From positions 1 through 38,399 of the IMG/VR virus record IMGVR_UViG_3300027412_000057: a DNA stretch of 38,399 bases, one strand, 5' to 3'. The position numbers were made by a program, and so were the translations under genes. Under the pieces are notes generated by a model. It saw only the letters and a list, made by a program, of their open reading frames with translations. It did no database searches and was not told where the DNA came from. The first letter of the stretch is position 1, and each line of letters opens with the position of its first letter. This DNA is from a virus (lineage: Duplodnaviria; Caudoviricetes). Shown here piece after piece: positions 8,468-17,660 of this stretch.

Positions 8468-9715
8468 TTACCTGGCATAGCCACTCACCACCTCTCCTTG
8501 ACGCACGAACGGGCTGCGTGCGCCATTCAGACGATACAGCTCAGTCGCCCGCGTGTGATCGCCGTACCACAGATGCGCCAGCAGGCGGAAATTGCCATCT
8601 GCCTCTGCTGTGCGCTGTATAAGTGGCGGACGCGTGACAATGATCGCCCGCGCCGCCTCCTGAACCGCCAACCCTTGGTCTTTCAGCGGTTCTGTTATCG
8701 TGCGCCCCTGCTCAACGCCATAGATCGCCCGTACCTGCACGATGGCAGCCTCGATCGCAGTGCGTGCCGTATTGGCGATCGCTTCGATCTGCACTGGTGA
8801 GAGGGTGGGCGTGGCTGCCTCGACCGCCAACAACACGCCAGCTGCATCGGCCAACCCTGATGCGGTATTGACCTGCATCGTCGCGGCCGCAGCGGCGATG
8901 CCTTGCGCCTCGCTCGGTGTGTTGCTGTAGGAAATAGGGGCAGGCACAACTGAAGAGGGAGTGCTGAAGATAGAAAAGGCGTTCAGATCGCTTTGAATGC
9001 TCGCCCAGTCGGCCACCAGCTGATCACCAAACTGTCGCACATCGAGGATGCCGCCAACCAGTGCGGAAATATCATTTCCCCAGGCGCGAGGGTAAGCCAG
9101 CACATCCAGACCAGAGAGCACCACACCCGCCTGCTTACTGATCGCCAGCAACGGCCCGGTCAGTGCGGTGCGCAAGGCATCCAGTGCAGCCAATGGATTG
9201 CGCATCCGATCCACCACAGCCCCCATGTTTTCGGTGGCGGCCGCTGTGGCAGCCGTGCCGTGCTGAGCAATAGCCTCAGCCTTTTGCACAGCCAGCTCGC
9301 GAATAAAGAAAGGGGCAGCAGGGGTGGATTCAACAAACTCGATCTCGACCTGAGCCTCGTCAACGGCCTCAGCATCATGTGCGATGCGATAGGTCGCCAC
9401 CTGGCAGAACATCATCCCGAAAACAGGATGCTGCAACCAGCCGCCGAGGGGCGAGGTCTCATCCGGTATCGCATCAATCTTTACACCGTCCAGTGCGGCG
9501 ATAAAGGTTTGCAATCGGCTTTCATAATCGATGCCGTAGAACACGGCGCGAATAGACACATGCCGCGCCTGTGTGCCCATATCCTCGACATCGGCACCGG
9601 CGACATAAGGGTAATCGTGTTCGACCAGTGCGTGCTGAACCGCATCGCTAGTGCTGACGCAATCAAACGTCACACCGCGAAAGGTCGCATCAAGTAGGGT
9701 ATCGTTCCAGGCCAT
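8468..9715 (-). CDS. DNA circularization protein (Mu N/gp43)
   Basis: W...LLDA.FRGV.F, EH.YPY..GA.VED.G, HPVFG, L.AH..YGD..RA.EL.RLN. Confidence 0.93.
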   Translation of the reverse strand: MAWNDTLLDATFRGVTFDCVSTSDAVQHALVEHDYPYVAGADVEDMGTQARHVSIRAVFYGIDYESRLQTFIAALDGVKIDAIPDETSPLGGWLQHPVFGMMFCQVATYRIAHDAEAVDEAQVEIEFVESTPAAPFFIRELAVQKAEAIAQHGTAATAAATENMGAVVDRMRNPLAALDALRTALTGPLLAISKQAGVVLSGLDVLAYPRAWGNDISALVGGILDVRQFGDQLVADWASIQSDLNAFSIFSTPSSVVPAPISYSNTPSEAQGIAAAAATMQVNTASGLADAAGVLLAVEAATPTLSPVQIEAIANTARTAIEAAIVQVRAIYGVEQGRTITEPLKDQGLAVQEAARAIIVTRPPLIQRTAEADGNFRLLAHLWYGDHTRATELYRLNGARSPFVRQGEVVSGYAR

Positions 9716-9766
9716 GCGCGCAGCTTACGCGCAAGGGGAAAGCGCTTCCGCTAGGAAGATGTTCCG
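9716..9766 (-). promoter_or_regulatory. Putative Mor/C-activated late promoter upstream of gp43
   Basis: CGGAACATCTTCCT (9753-9766), 25 nt, -10 TAAGCT (9722-9727), 6 nt, ATG. Confidence 0.7.
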
Positions 9767-9772
9767 TAGCTG

Positions 9773-11695
9773 CTAACTACGGCGTGCAGTCCGATCAATC
9801 TTGCCGGTGACAACCTGGGTGATCTTTTCACCATCCAGATGCAGATTGATTTCAAGCGCCTGTTGCGCTTCTTGGCTTCCAAAAAGATCCATCATTCTGG
9901 CAATTCCTTCGCCAAGCTTATCATTGGCCGCCGTGCCTTCCAGTACGTATTTGCTGAGCAGCGATCCCACGCCATAACCAGCAGCCCCGGCAGCGGAAAT
10001 CCCCATCCCGGCGGTACTGAACAGCGCACCACTGGCTGCCATCGCGCCACGCCCAAGCCCGCCCGCTCCTTTCTTCATGGCACCACCCAACACACCGCCC
10101 GCAGCGCCTTTTTCACCACCCATCAGGGCGGACAAGCCTGCCATGCCGAGCGCAGTAACGGCAAGCGCCGTCAGGGCGGTCGTCGCGGCAATCGTGGCCG
10201 CAGTCAGATTCGGATACTCGCGCGCAAGATCGCTGAATCCGCTGGCCAACGACCCTAGCAGCGGGGTCAGGTTCTCAAATGCAGTCTGTGTAGCGAAGGT
10301 TTTTTCATTCATCGCCTGCTGGGTTTTAAAACCAGCCTCTCTGGAGATCATTGCAAAGTTGCTATCTGTTGCACCCGCACCGTTGAGGGTCTTTTGCTGT
10401 ACAGCGGTCATGTAATCACGGTTACCCATGATACCGACCAGCGCCATCAGTGCCTGTCTATCTTGTACGATCTGCCCGATGGCTGAACCTTGCAAAATAT
10501 CGGCCTGCGAGGATAGCGTCGCTTGGCGATCAGCACCACTGGCTGTTTTCAGCTTAGCCTGGAGCGCCTGAAATTCACTGTTCTTGGCCACCACGCTATC
10601 TACGACGCCGACGAATGCGTCCAGTGAATCCACCCCTTTGCCACGCGCAGCAGCCAGCGTGCCGGACAAATCGATGCCCAGACTCTTTGCATCTTTGGCC
10701 GTATCACGACTATTGATTTTGGTCAGCAGATTGACCAGATTATTACCTGCTTCATCACTTGATCCAGCAGTAATTTTAGCTGCCTGATTGGCCGCCAGCA
10801 GTTTGGCTACACCCGATATACCAGAGATGCCAGAGGTCTTAGCTGCCGCCATTTGAGCAGGCAACCACTTGGCCATATCCTTCAGCTCGAAGCCACCCGC
10901 CTGCCCGGCAGTGATCGCCATATCGATGATCTTACCCATTTCGCCGGGCTTAATACCCATTGATTGCATACCGCGTATGCCGATCTGAGCCAGTTCTGAG
11001 GAGTCTGCACCGGAGGCCGTTGCCGCTTTGGTCAGCGTCGGTAGCATGCCCATCGCATCTTTGCCCGACATTGCACCCGAGGCGATCAGACCATCCAGCG
11101 TGTCAGCCGCACTCTCCCGCGTGCCGCCGCCGATGCGCACCGCATTGACGATCGCCGAATTCAGCTCACGCTTACCTGCGATGCGTCCGGTGGTGTTGCG
11201 GTCGGTGAAAGCGGTATTGGACATCTGCGCCAGGCGCATGCCGTAATCCATTGTCTGGCCAATAGGTTTGCCCAGCACATAAGCGCCTGCCGTGAGGCCA
11301 CCTGCGACAGCCGCACCGTTTTGCAATCCGCGCATAGCCTTCTGGCCAAGCGTGAACTTTCCCATTTCGTTATTCAGTTCATGCACACGGCGGCGCGTAG
11401 CATCAGCAGCACGCGCCTGTTCACGCATCGACATCGTTCCGGATCTGGACAGTCGGTTATAGGCAGCCTCGGTACGCTGTATTTCGCGTTGTATTTCGCG
11501 CTCCGACCGCATCCCCAACACTGCTGCACCGGCGCGGGTCTTTTTATATTGAGCAACGCTGCGGGTCAGTCCGTCATTCGCCTTTTGCGTCTTGGCAATG
11601 CCTGACTGGATGTCGCGCTGCGCACGCGTGAACTCACCAGAAGCGAGGTCGCGCAAGCGCATAATCAGGGAGAGTTCGAGATTCTTGCCACTCAT
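9773..11695 (-). CDS. Tail tape measure protein
   Basis: 640 aa Ala/Gly-rich helical; AGQ.G.FELKDMA.W motif; position after chaperone. Confidence 0.93.
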   Translation of the reverse strand: MSGKNLELSLIMRLRDLASGEFTRAQRDIQSGIAKTQKANDGLTRSVAQYKKTRAGAAVLGMRSEREIQREIQRTEAAYNRLSRSGTMSMREQARAADATRRRVHELNNEMGKFTLGQKAMRGLQNGAAVAGGLTAGAYVLGKPIGQTMDYGMRLAQMSNTAFTDRNTTGRIAGKRELNSAIVNAVRIGGGTRESAADTLDGLIASGAMSGKDAMGMLPTLTKAATASGADSSELAQIGIRGMQSMGIKPGEMGKIIDMAITAGQAGGFELKDMAKWLPAQMAAAKTSGISGISGVAKLLAANQAAKITAGSSDEAGNNLVNLLTKINSRDTAKDAKSLGIDLSGTLAAARGKGVDSLDAFVGVVDSVVAKNSEFQALQAKLKTASGADRQATLSSQADILQGSAIGQIVQDRQALMALVGIMGNRDYMTAVQQKTLNGAGATDSNFAMISREAGFKTQQAMNEKTFATQTAFENLTPLLGSLASGFSDLAREYPNLTAATIAATTALTALAVTALGMAGLSALMGGEKGAAGGVLGGAMKKGAGGLGRGAMAASGALFSTAGMGISAAGAAGYGVGSLLSKYVLEGTAANDKLGEGIARMMDLFGSQEAQQALEINLHLDGEKITQVVTGKIDRTARRS

Positions 11696-11901
11696 GACTT
11701 AGCCTTTCGATGGCCCTTGAAACGGTTGGTGTTAGTGTTACCTTTCAAGTTACCGGAAAGCCGATTAATGACGGACAGGTGAGACTCGATTTCCGCCTCA
11801 GACATATCCAGCACTTGGTGTGGGTGAAATCCGGCGCGGGCGAGCAGCGCCTGCGCTAGGCGAACGCTGTTTAGCTGCTGCTCAGCGCGTCGAGCTTTTT
11901 T
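11692..11901 (-). CDS. -1 frameshift extension of tail assembly chaperone (GT-like product)
   Basis: A AAA AAG at 11895-11901; -1 frame open (KARRAEQQLNSVRLAQALLARAGFHPHQVLDMSEAEIESHL...KAKS) to a TGA overlapping the TMP ATG. Confidence 0.85.
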   Translation of the reverse strand, partial: KKARRAEQQLNSVRLAQALLARAGFHPHQVLDMSEAEIESHLSVINRLSGNLKGNTNTNRFKGHRKAKS

Positions 11902-12179
11902 TCAACTTCATCCGATGCCATTTCAAGTGCGACGGCATTGCGGTCATATAGATCCATCAGTAGCTCGACGGTGACCTTTTCCTGTGGCAAACCCTCAAAG
12001 CTGACCCGTTGTGCCATCACGGCATAGCGCAAGGTATTGGAATCTGCATCACCGCCAACCGTTTCGACTGCTGCACATGAGTCGCGCAGCCTAGCCGGGC
12101 GAATAGAGAATGACTTGAATGTCTCACCCTCTACCGTGATACCGATCGGCAGTGTGCTTTTAACGATAAGTTCACTCAT
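11871..12179 (-). CDS. Tail assembly chaperone (Mu gp41-like)
   Basis: Between tube and TMP; ends EKKLDALSSS over a slippery site. Confidence 0.85.
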   Translation of the reverse strand: MSELIVKSTLPIGITVEGETFKSFSIRPARLRDSCAAVETVGGDADSNTLRYAVMAQRVSFEGLPQEKVTVELLMDLYDRNAVALEMASDEVEKKLDALSSS

Positions 12180-12182
12180 CGC

Positions 12183-12548
12183 TTAGACTTTCCGCAGGCA
12201 ATACAGGCTGATGTCACGCACCATTTCACCTTCTAACTGGTAACGCGATCCGACGCTAATCACGTTGGAATCATTAAAACTGGTGCGCTTCGATGGATTG
12301 CCGACCGGGTAGATCACGATCAGTGCGTCTTTCATAGTACGCCAGTCGAATTCACCCAGAGATGGAGATGGAGCGGTGATCTTCATCTCGACAGATTCCG
12401 CACCGCTCACGCTGCCTTTCGGGCGGCCGGTACGGTTCATGGTTTTAACGGGTTTGCGGCCGGTTGTAACGGTGTCATCGAATGACACAACATCAACCTC
12501 CTGCCCGTTGATCTCAACAACTATCTCGCCATCATATTCAAGTGCCAT
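12183..12548 (-). CDS. Tail tube protein
   Basis: EY.G.IV.E..G.EVDV, TGRK.VKTMN.TGR.KG; directly after sheath; AGGAG RBS. Confidence 0.85.
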   Translation of the reverse strand: MALEYDGEIVVEINGQEVDVVSFDDTVTTGRKPVKTMNRTGRPKGSVSGAESVEMKITAPSPSLGEFDWRTMKDALIVIYPVGNPSKRTSFNDSNVISVGSRYQLEGEMVRDISLYCLRKV

Positions 12549-12561
12549 GTTAAAACTCCTT

Positions 12562-12617
12562 CATTCAGTAACAGCAGCCTTGGCTGCGTCGTTGCGTGGG
12601 ACTGCCCTTGCGGCAGT
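12562..12617. repeat. 56-nt structured element, copy A
   Basis: CATTCAGTAACA-GCAGCCTTGGCTGC-GTCGTTGCGTGGG-ACTGCC-CTTGC-GGCAGT. Confidence 0.9.
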
Positions 12618-12631
12618 AGTTATAACGGGTT

Positions 12632-14053
12632 TTACAGATACAGATCGATGCGACCGGCAAACACATGCAGGCCATTGACCACATTGGTCGGGATCTTCGC
12701 ATCCAGACGGTTCGGGTCTTGCAGGTCACGTTCAACGATCAGCTGACCCTTCCACAGATCCACGTTCTGCACGATCTCCAGCTCCTCCAGCTTGTACAGC
12801 ACGTCCAGCAGCTCGGAACGCACCTTGTCGGGTGTACGCGCCGAGAGCTTTTCACGCGGGAAGCGCAGCGCGATACGCTCGCGGCAGGCTTTACGCACAT
12901 AGTCCAGGGTGCGGATGGTCGTCAGGTCCAGCATCGAGATGTCCGGCACACCCTGCGCATCAAGCATATAAGTGGTGATGGCGCGCACGATCTGCACCTT
13001 CTCGCCCGGGCCTACCTCAGATGGGGTAATGCCGTTGTACAGCGCGTTCTCCTGCTCGACACGCCCCAGACGGTTCGCCAGCGGGTTCGCCAAAATGCCG
13101 ATCAGCGGCAAGGTATTGAGCGGCCGCGCCGGATCCTCTTCACTGGCCACTACCGCACCATAAGCCGCCGCCACTTCAAAGCTAGCCTCAAAGCCGTTCG
13201 GTACCAACAAACCACTGATGCGTCCGCTGTTGATATTGGCAGCCAGCGTGGTGCTCGCGGCCAGCGTGCCGATATGCGCAAAGATACCCACCGCACCGCG
13301 CTGCTCTAGTGGACCGGAGACCGCATCCAGATGGGTACGCAAAGCAGTCAGACTGGTCTGATCGTTCCAGGCACTGATGATGATGTTGTGGCCTGCGGCG
13401 AACACCGTGGCCAGCACAGTAGCGATATCAGGATCTGTAGCACCGGCAGCCATCGCCACCACCACAACCGTCACACCCGCAGCCGCAGCGACGGCGCTAA
13501 CCTTAAGGCCATTGCCCAGCGTGCCCTTGTTCTTGGCGGTCAGCGTAATCACACCCGCTACAGCAACAGCGGTCACCGGCAGATCAGGCTGCTTGGCGAT
13601 CTGCGCTACCAGCGCGGCGGCGATGATGGTCGGCGTATCGGCTGCCGTGACGGCCACGACGATCGACTGATCGCCTACGTTTAGCGTAACTACGCCACCG
13701 GCAGAGGCATTGCCGCTTATTGTCACCGTACCCGTTGCGGCTACGGAGGCAGCAGCGTCATCCAGCGCGATCATGGTCAGTGCCAGATAGTTGTTGGCCT
13801 GCAACGCCGAACGCGCCATCAGGTGAGCTACTGAGCCACGCCCGAAGAACGTCGCGGCATCGGCATCTGAGAATACATCCACAGCAACATTGGCCAGCAC
13901 CGTACCCGCTGCCAGACGCTGACCGACGATCAGAGTCTTCTGCAGATTGCCTGGCAAGGTGCGCACGGCCAGCTTGGTGTTGAATTCAAAATACTTGCCC
14001 GGCTTGCGGATACTGGCCGGAATGTTGTCAAAAGCGATATTTGCGCTAGGCAT
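12632..14053 (-). CDS. Tail sheath protein (Mu L/gp39)
   Basis: FD.IP.SIRKPG.YFEFN, FG.GS.AH.M, EEDPARPLNTL, LDLTTIRTLDYVRK. Confidence 0.96.
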   Translation of the reverse strand: MPSANIAFDNIPASIRKPGKYFEFNTKLAVRTLPGNLQKTLIVGQRLAAGTVLANVAVDVFSDADAATFFGRGSVAHLMARSALQANNYLALTMIALDDAAASVAATGTVTISGNASAGGVVTLNVGDQSIVVAVTAADTPTIIAAALVAQIAKQPDLPVTAVAVAGVITLTAKNKGTLGNGLKVSAVAAAAGVTVVVVAMAAGATDPDIATVLATVFAAGHNIIISAWNDQTSLTALRTHLDAVSGPLEQRGAVGIFAHIGTLAASTTLAANINSGRISGLLVPNGFEASFEVAAAYGAVVASEEDPARPLNTLPLIGILANPLANRLGRVEQENALYNGITPSEVGPGEKVQIVRAITTYMLDAQGVPDISMLDLTTIRTLDYVRKACRERIALRFPREKLSARTPDKVRSELLDVLYKLEELEIVQNVDLWKGQLIVERDLQDPNRLDAKIPTNVVNGLHVFAGRIDLYL

Positions 14054-14232
14054 TATGCGGCTCCCTTGGTGGTAGTTTTAACGGTTGCTTTGACCTCGAT
14101 CAGATCGCCATCGGTGATGCGTCGCTGGTAATAAGCGCTATCAGGTACGACCACCGCCTTTGCATCGGTGATGTAATCGTGCGGCTTGCCTTCCATCGGC
14201 ACTTTTAATCCTATTGCGGCTATGAGGTTCAT
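14053..14232 (-). CDS. Mu gp38-like small protein (DUF2635), 59 aa, absent from ORF track
   Basis: MNLIAAIGLKVPMEGKPHDYITD....VPDSAYYQRRITDGDLIEV; stop overlaps sheath ATG. Confidence 0.85.
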   Translation of the reverse strand: MNLIAAIGLKVPMEGKPHDYITDAKAVVVPDSAYYQRRITDGDLIEVKATVKTTTKGAA

Positions 14233-14241
14233 GGCGGATCC

Positions 14242-14847
14242 TTATCGTAAAGTTGTCAAATCTGCAGCATCTGCGACATCGTCGCCCGGCTTCAGGTAGT
14301 AATTGATACCCAGCTTGAGCCACATCGGATCGGTCGGGTCGATCGGCACACGCGGTTCGGTCTCGACAAACTCGGTGTGCCACTCCCGGGCGAATACGGC
14401 TACCGCCTGATTGTTGAGTTTGGTGTTATATAAAGTACGTGTCGCTCCCGGCTTAAAGTGTCCTACGCCCGCCAACCCCAGATCGTTATTGATCAACAGC
14501 AGACCGATATCCTCCAGCATCTGATATGCGCCCACCTCTTTGACCACGCCGCCTACCGTCAGGCCATGCCGCGTCGAACGCTCGCCGCGCACATTACGCG
14601 CACCGACCATCACCACAAAAGTGGCAGGCGTCAGCCACTTGCTGCGCGATGTACCGACCGGCTTGGGCTTGCCCGTGCCGCCGAACGTCACCCAGACAGC
14701 GGGAAACTTGCGCACCACCTTGCCCAGCTCATCATCCAGCTCACCACCGTAACTGGCGACTTCTGCCAACCTGTAACCCAAGCCCGGTGTGGCGACGTTG
14801 GCGGCCTGAATACGGGCAATGATGGCGTCTTCGATAGTGGAAATCAT
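14242..14847 (-). CDS. Mu gp37-like tail completion protein (DUF1834)
   Basis: IEDAIIARI, V.SYGGELD, FPAVWVTF.G; synteny. Confidence 0.85.
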   Translation of the reverse strand: MISTIEDAIIARIQAANVATPGLGYRLAEVASYGGELDDELGKVVRKFPAVWVTFGGTGKPKPVGTSRSKWLTPATFVVMVGARNVRGERSTRHGLTVGGVVKEVGAYQMLEDIGLLLINNDLGLAGVGHFKPGATRTLYNTKLNNQAVAVFAREWHTEFVETEPRVPIDPTDPMWLKLGINYYLKPGDDVADAADLTTLR

Positions 14848-14848
14848 G

Positions 14849-15274
14849 TCAATATCCGCTCAGGCTATTCGCATCGAACACACGTGCATTGCTCGCTACC
14901 TGGATCGATGCGCTCTGTGGTGCGGCCTGTCCTGCCACTGACAGCCCAATATCCAGCTTGCCGTCGCGCACCTGCTCCAAGGTCCTGAGCGCATCCTTGT
15001 AACGATTACGGGCGGCATCAGTCTCAGTCGCATCTGCACCGAGCAGCTTGTAACGTGCGATGTCACAGCAAACATCTACCAGCATCTGCGGCACGATCGG
15101 CAGTGGCAGCGTATAACGTGCCGCCAGATAGCTATCAATCATGTCGCTGGCACGCTGTAACCCACCCTCAACCACGATCGTATCCGCCACGCCAGTAAGA
15201 TAGCGATCGGAAATGGCGACCACCTCGGCTTCGCCGAACTGGTTGATCAAATCGGATTGAGTGGCGTAGGACAT
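14849..15274 (-). CDS. Head-tail joining protein Mu gp36 (DUF1320)
   Basis: MSYAT..DL...FG..E, ID.YL..RY.LPL, CCDIARY.L, RY.DA...L. Confidence 0.92.
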   Translation of the reverse strand: MSYATQSDLINQFGEAEVVAISDRYLTGVADTIVVEGGLQRASDMIDSYLAARYTLPLPIVPQMLVDVCCDIARYKLLGADATETDAARNRYKDALRTLEQVRDGKLDIGLSVAGQAAPQSASIQVASNARVFDANSLSGY

Positions 15275-15603
15275 TATTTACCTTGCATCCAGACTGCATC
15301 ACGCTCGGCAGCCGAGACTTTCCAGCCAGTGATAGCCGCAATCGCTTCTGCCTTTGGTGCACCGCTAGCCAGCCACAATGTCGTATCGGCTTGATCCAGC
15401 GTACTGATCGCCTCAACGATAGCAGCCAGACGTTCTTCATCCGTCAGCGTCAGGGTTTTATGTGCGCCCTCAACTGGACCGCTCACCGCGCCGATCTCCA
15501 GCAAATCTTTCGCATCTTTTTCGTTCAGCTCGATTGTGTCGCCTTCTGCATATTCCTTGCCGTCATGCTTGATCGGGCTTTCGACTGTATAAGTATTCAT
15601 CAT
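15274..15603 (-). CDS. Small head-associated hypothetical protein (Mu gp35 position)
   Basis: Y.V..PI.HDG..Y..GD.IEL N-terminal motif; GAGGTG RBS. Confidence 0.7.
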   Translation of the reverse strand: MMNTYTVESPIKHDGKEYAEGDTIELNEKDAKDLLEIGAVSGPVEGAHKTLTLTDEERLAAIVEAISTLDQADTTLWLASGAPKAEAIAAITGWKVSAAERDAVWMQGK

Positions 15604-15621
15604 CACCTCATCTGTTGGTCA

Positions 15622-15645
15622 GATGCCCCGCCGCAGCGGGGCATC
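15622..15645. terminator. GC-rich hairpin after capsid gene (stabiliser or weak terminator)
   Basis: GATGCCCCGC-CGCA-GCGGGGCATC; no clear U-tract. Confidence 0.45.
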
Positions 15646-15658
15646 ATCAGGTTACGTT

Positions 15659-16726
15659 TTAGTTGACAGCGGTCTGGATCAGGTAACCGCCGGCGGCCGC
15701 CGAGATGATAGGCGCACGCTCATCTGTCACCGGATACATCCAGCTGTTCTTACCGCGATCCTGGAACGCCATCTCGACCATCGGATGACCGCGCAACTGA
15801 TAGGTATAGCCAAAGCTTGGTACACCACCGTCATCTGCTGTAGCGATCTCGGTGTAAGCCACAATCACGTCCTTGCCCCACACGTCAGTCATCGTGCCGG
15901 CTGCGTTGTATATCGCATCGCCACTGACCACGCGCTCGACATCGAACAGCTGAGCCAGCATCTCCAGCGTCACGCTGTCACGGCCGGTGTACTTGATGCG
16001 GTCGATGATCTTCGGATGGCGCTTCGCTGCCTTGAATGCCTTAGGAGACAACACAACGGTATTGGCGCGCACACCGATCTGCGCACGAATCGCTTCGATA
16101 CCTGCATCGATATCTGCGCTTGGGTCAGATATGCCAGATGCGTAATCGTCCCAGCGTGAAGTACCTGCCAGTGCGGTTTTATTGGCTGCGGCGTAGTTGG
16201 CGGCATTACGGGCGATACCCGCTGCCTCAAATTCTGCTGACAGCAAGATGATGTTCTGCGTCTTGCGCACAGCGTTGGTACCGAGATTGATGCCGGGCAC
16301 CTGGTTGGCTTCCTGCAGATGCTCGAACGGTACTTTGCCGATCAGGCGATTCTGTTTGAGCGCGAACGGTAGACCCAGATGGCCGAACTGCACTTCTTTG
16401 GTATCCGCACCTGGCGCACGTGCCGTGTTGTACAGCTCAAAATCTTCCTTGCCGAATTCCAGAATCTGACCGCCACGCTGATCGACTGGCACGAGAGGAA
16501 ACAGATAGTCTGCCACCATGCGGCCGTTCTTGTAGCCCTTAGCGACCGTAGTCAGGATAGGGTCGATGACACGCGCTTGCGCATTGGTCATGTTGCCGAT
16601 CACGCCGAAGGCAAGTGCCGCATTCGGGTCGATCCATGACGGGTCAACGATACCGGCATGCGCCAGTGCCGTATATGCCAGCACACCGGCCAGTACAGCA
16701 AAGAGTTTGAAGAGTTTGGTTTTCAT
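15659..16726 (-). CDS. Major capsid protein with 45-aa N-terminal extension
   Basis: AR.IDP.LT..A.GY.N, .FGKE.F....T.RAPGA, W.DY....SDP, HPKI..RIKYT, PS(F)GYTY; ACAGGAG RBS before ATG 16726. Confidence 0.9.
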   Translation of the reverse strand: MKTKLFKLFAVLAGVLAYTALAHAGIVDPSWIDPNAALAFGVIGNMTNAQARVIDPILTTVAKGYKNGRMVADYLFPLVPVDQRGGQILEFGKEDFELYNTARAPGADTKEVQFGHLGLPFALKQNRLIGKVPFEHLQEANQVPGINLGTNAVRKTQNIILLSAEFEAAGIARNAANYAAANKTALAGTSRWDDYASGISDPSADIDAGIEAIRAQIGVRANTVVLSPKAFKAAKRHPKIIDRIKYTGRDSVTLEMLAQLFDVERVVSGDAIYNAAGTMTDVWGKDVIVAYTEIATADDGGVPSFGYTYQLRGHPMVEMAFQDRGKNSWMYPVTDERAPIISAAAGGYLIQTAVN

Positions 16727-16807
16727 GTTGTAGCTCCTGTAAAGGTAAAGTTCCAAAGTAAATGGTGCGCTGCTAGTTAAGCAGCTAAATAATTTTGAGA
16801 GGCGCTG

Positions 16808-17149
16808 TTAGTTTGGCAGCAGGATGACTTCGACGAACTGCCCGGCAGCCGTCGCTACTTCGCCTGGGGCGAGGCGCGCAACGGAGACACCGGCAGCCTT
16901 GGTGATGGCGCGTCCGGTTGCATCCGTCTCGATCAGTGCACCGGCAGCGATGGCAGCGCCAGCCTCAACGATCTCGGTACCGAGCACCGTTGCTGTAAAA
17001 CGTGCACCGATGGCAGCTGCACTATCGGCAACGCCTTGCGCATTCACGCCAGCGCCAGCTACTGCACCGGCAGGTGTGACGAAACGATTGCTGACGATCA
17101 CGCCGCTGGCAACCATCGTCAGGGCGAGTAAAGGGGTAGATTGCTTCAT
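16808..17149 (-). CDS. Capsid decoration/cement protein (DUF2190-like)
   Basis: Ala/Gly-rich, VEAGAAIAAGA...DA.GRAI, A.AAGQ..EV; between protease and capsid. Confidence 0.85.
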   Translation of the reverse strand: MKQSTPLLALTMVASGVIVSNRFVTPAGAVAGAGVNAQGVADSAAAIGARFTATVLGTEIVEAGAAIAAGALIETDATGRAITKAAGVSVARLAPGEVATAAGQFVEVILLPN

Positions 17150-17177
17150 GGTTATATCTCCTGAGTTCAGTGGATGG

Positions 17178-17660
17178 TTAAACGCTTACTGCAGCCAGCG
17201 CGGCTTCGTAAGTAGTTTTGTTTGCAGATTGGTGAGCCAGTGCCTTTTGATGCAGTGCCAGACGGTCGGCATCTACGCTCATACCGTTCGGTGCGGCGAA
17301 GTTCACGACACCAGCGGCAGAAGCCTCAGCACCGGAAACCTCGGCAAATTCGACTTGTTTAGGCATCGCGGTGACGAACGCCTTAAACGCATCTACCAGC
17401 GATTGCTTGGCCTCGCCCTCACCAAACTCCACCACCTGAGCGGGGGACGCCATTTGATCCAGCGTAGCAACGACGAGCGCTTTCCCAGATGGCAGCAGCT
17501 TGCCTGCCTGTACCTGAACCTCGGCAAACGCGACATGCTCGGCATGGCGCGCAGCAGCAGCGCGGGTGGTTTCGGCTTCAGCAAATGCGACCTGCTCAGC
17601 CTTCAATCGGATGTTTTCAGCTTCCAGCTCGGCAAAGCGGGCTTTATCTTCAGCGGACAT
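17178..17660 (-). CDS. Nested in-frame scaffold protein (Z-like)
   Basis: Internal GAAGGAGACGAA-ATG at 17660 opening a coiled-coil region. Confidence 0.65.
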   Translation of the reverse strand: MSAEDKARFAELEAENIRLKAEQVAFAEAETTRAAAARHAEHVAFAEVQVQAGKLLPSGKALVVATLDQMASPAQVVEFGEGEAKQSLVDAFKAFVTAMPKQVEFAEVSGAEASAAGVVNFAAPNGMSVDADRLALHQKALAHQSANKTTYEAALAAVSV

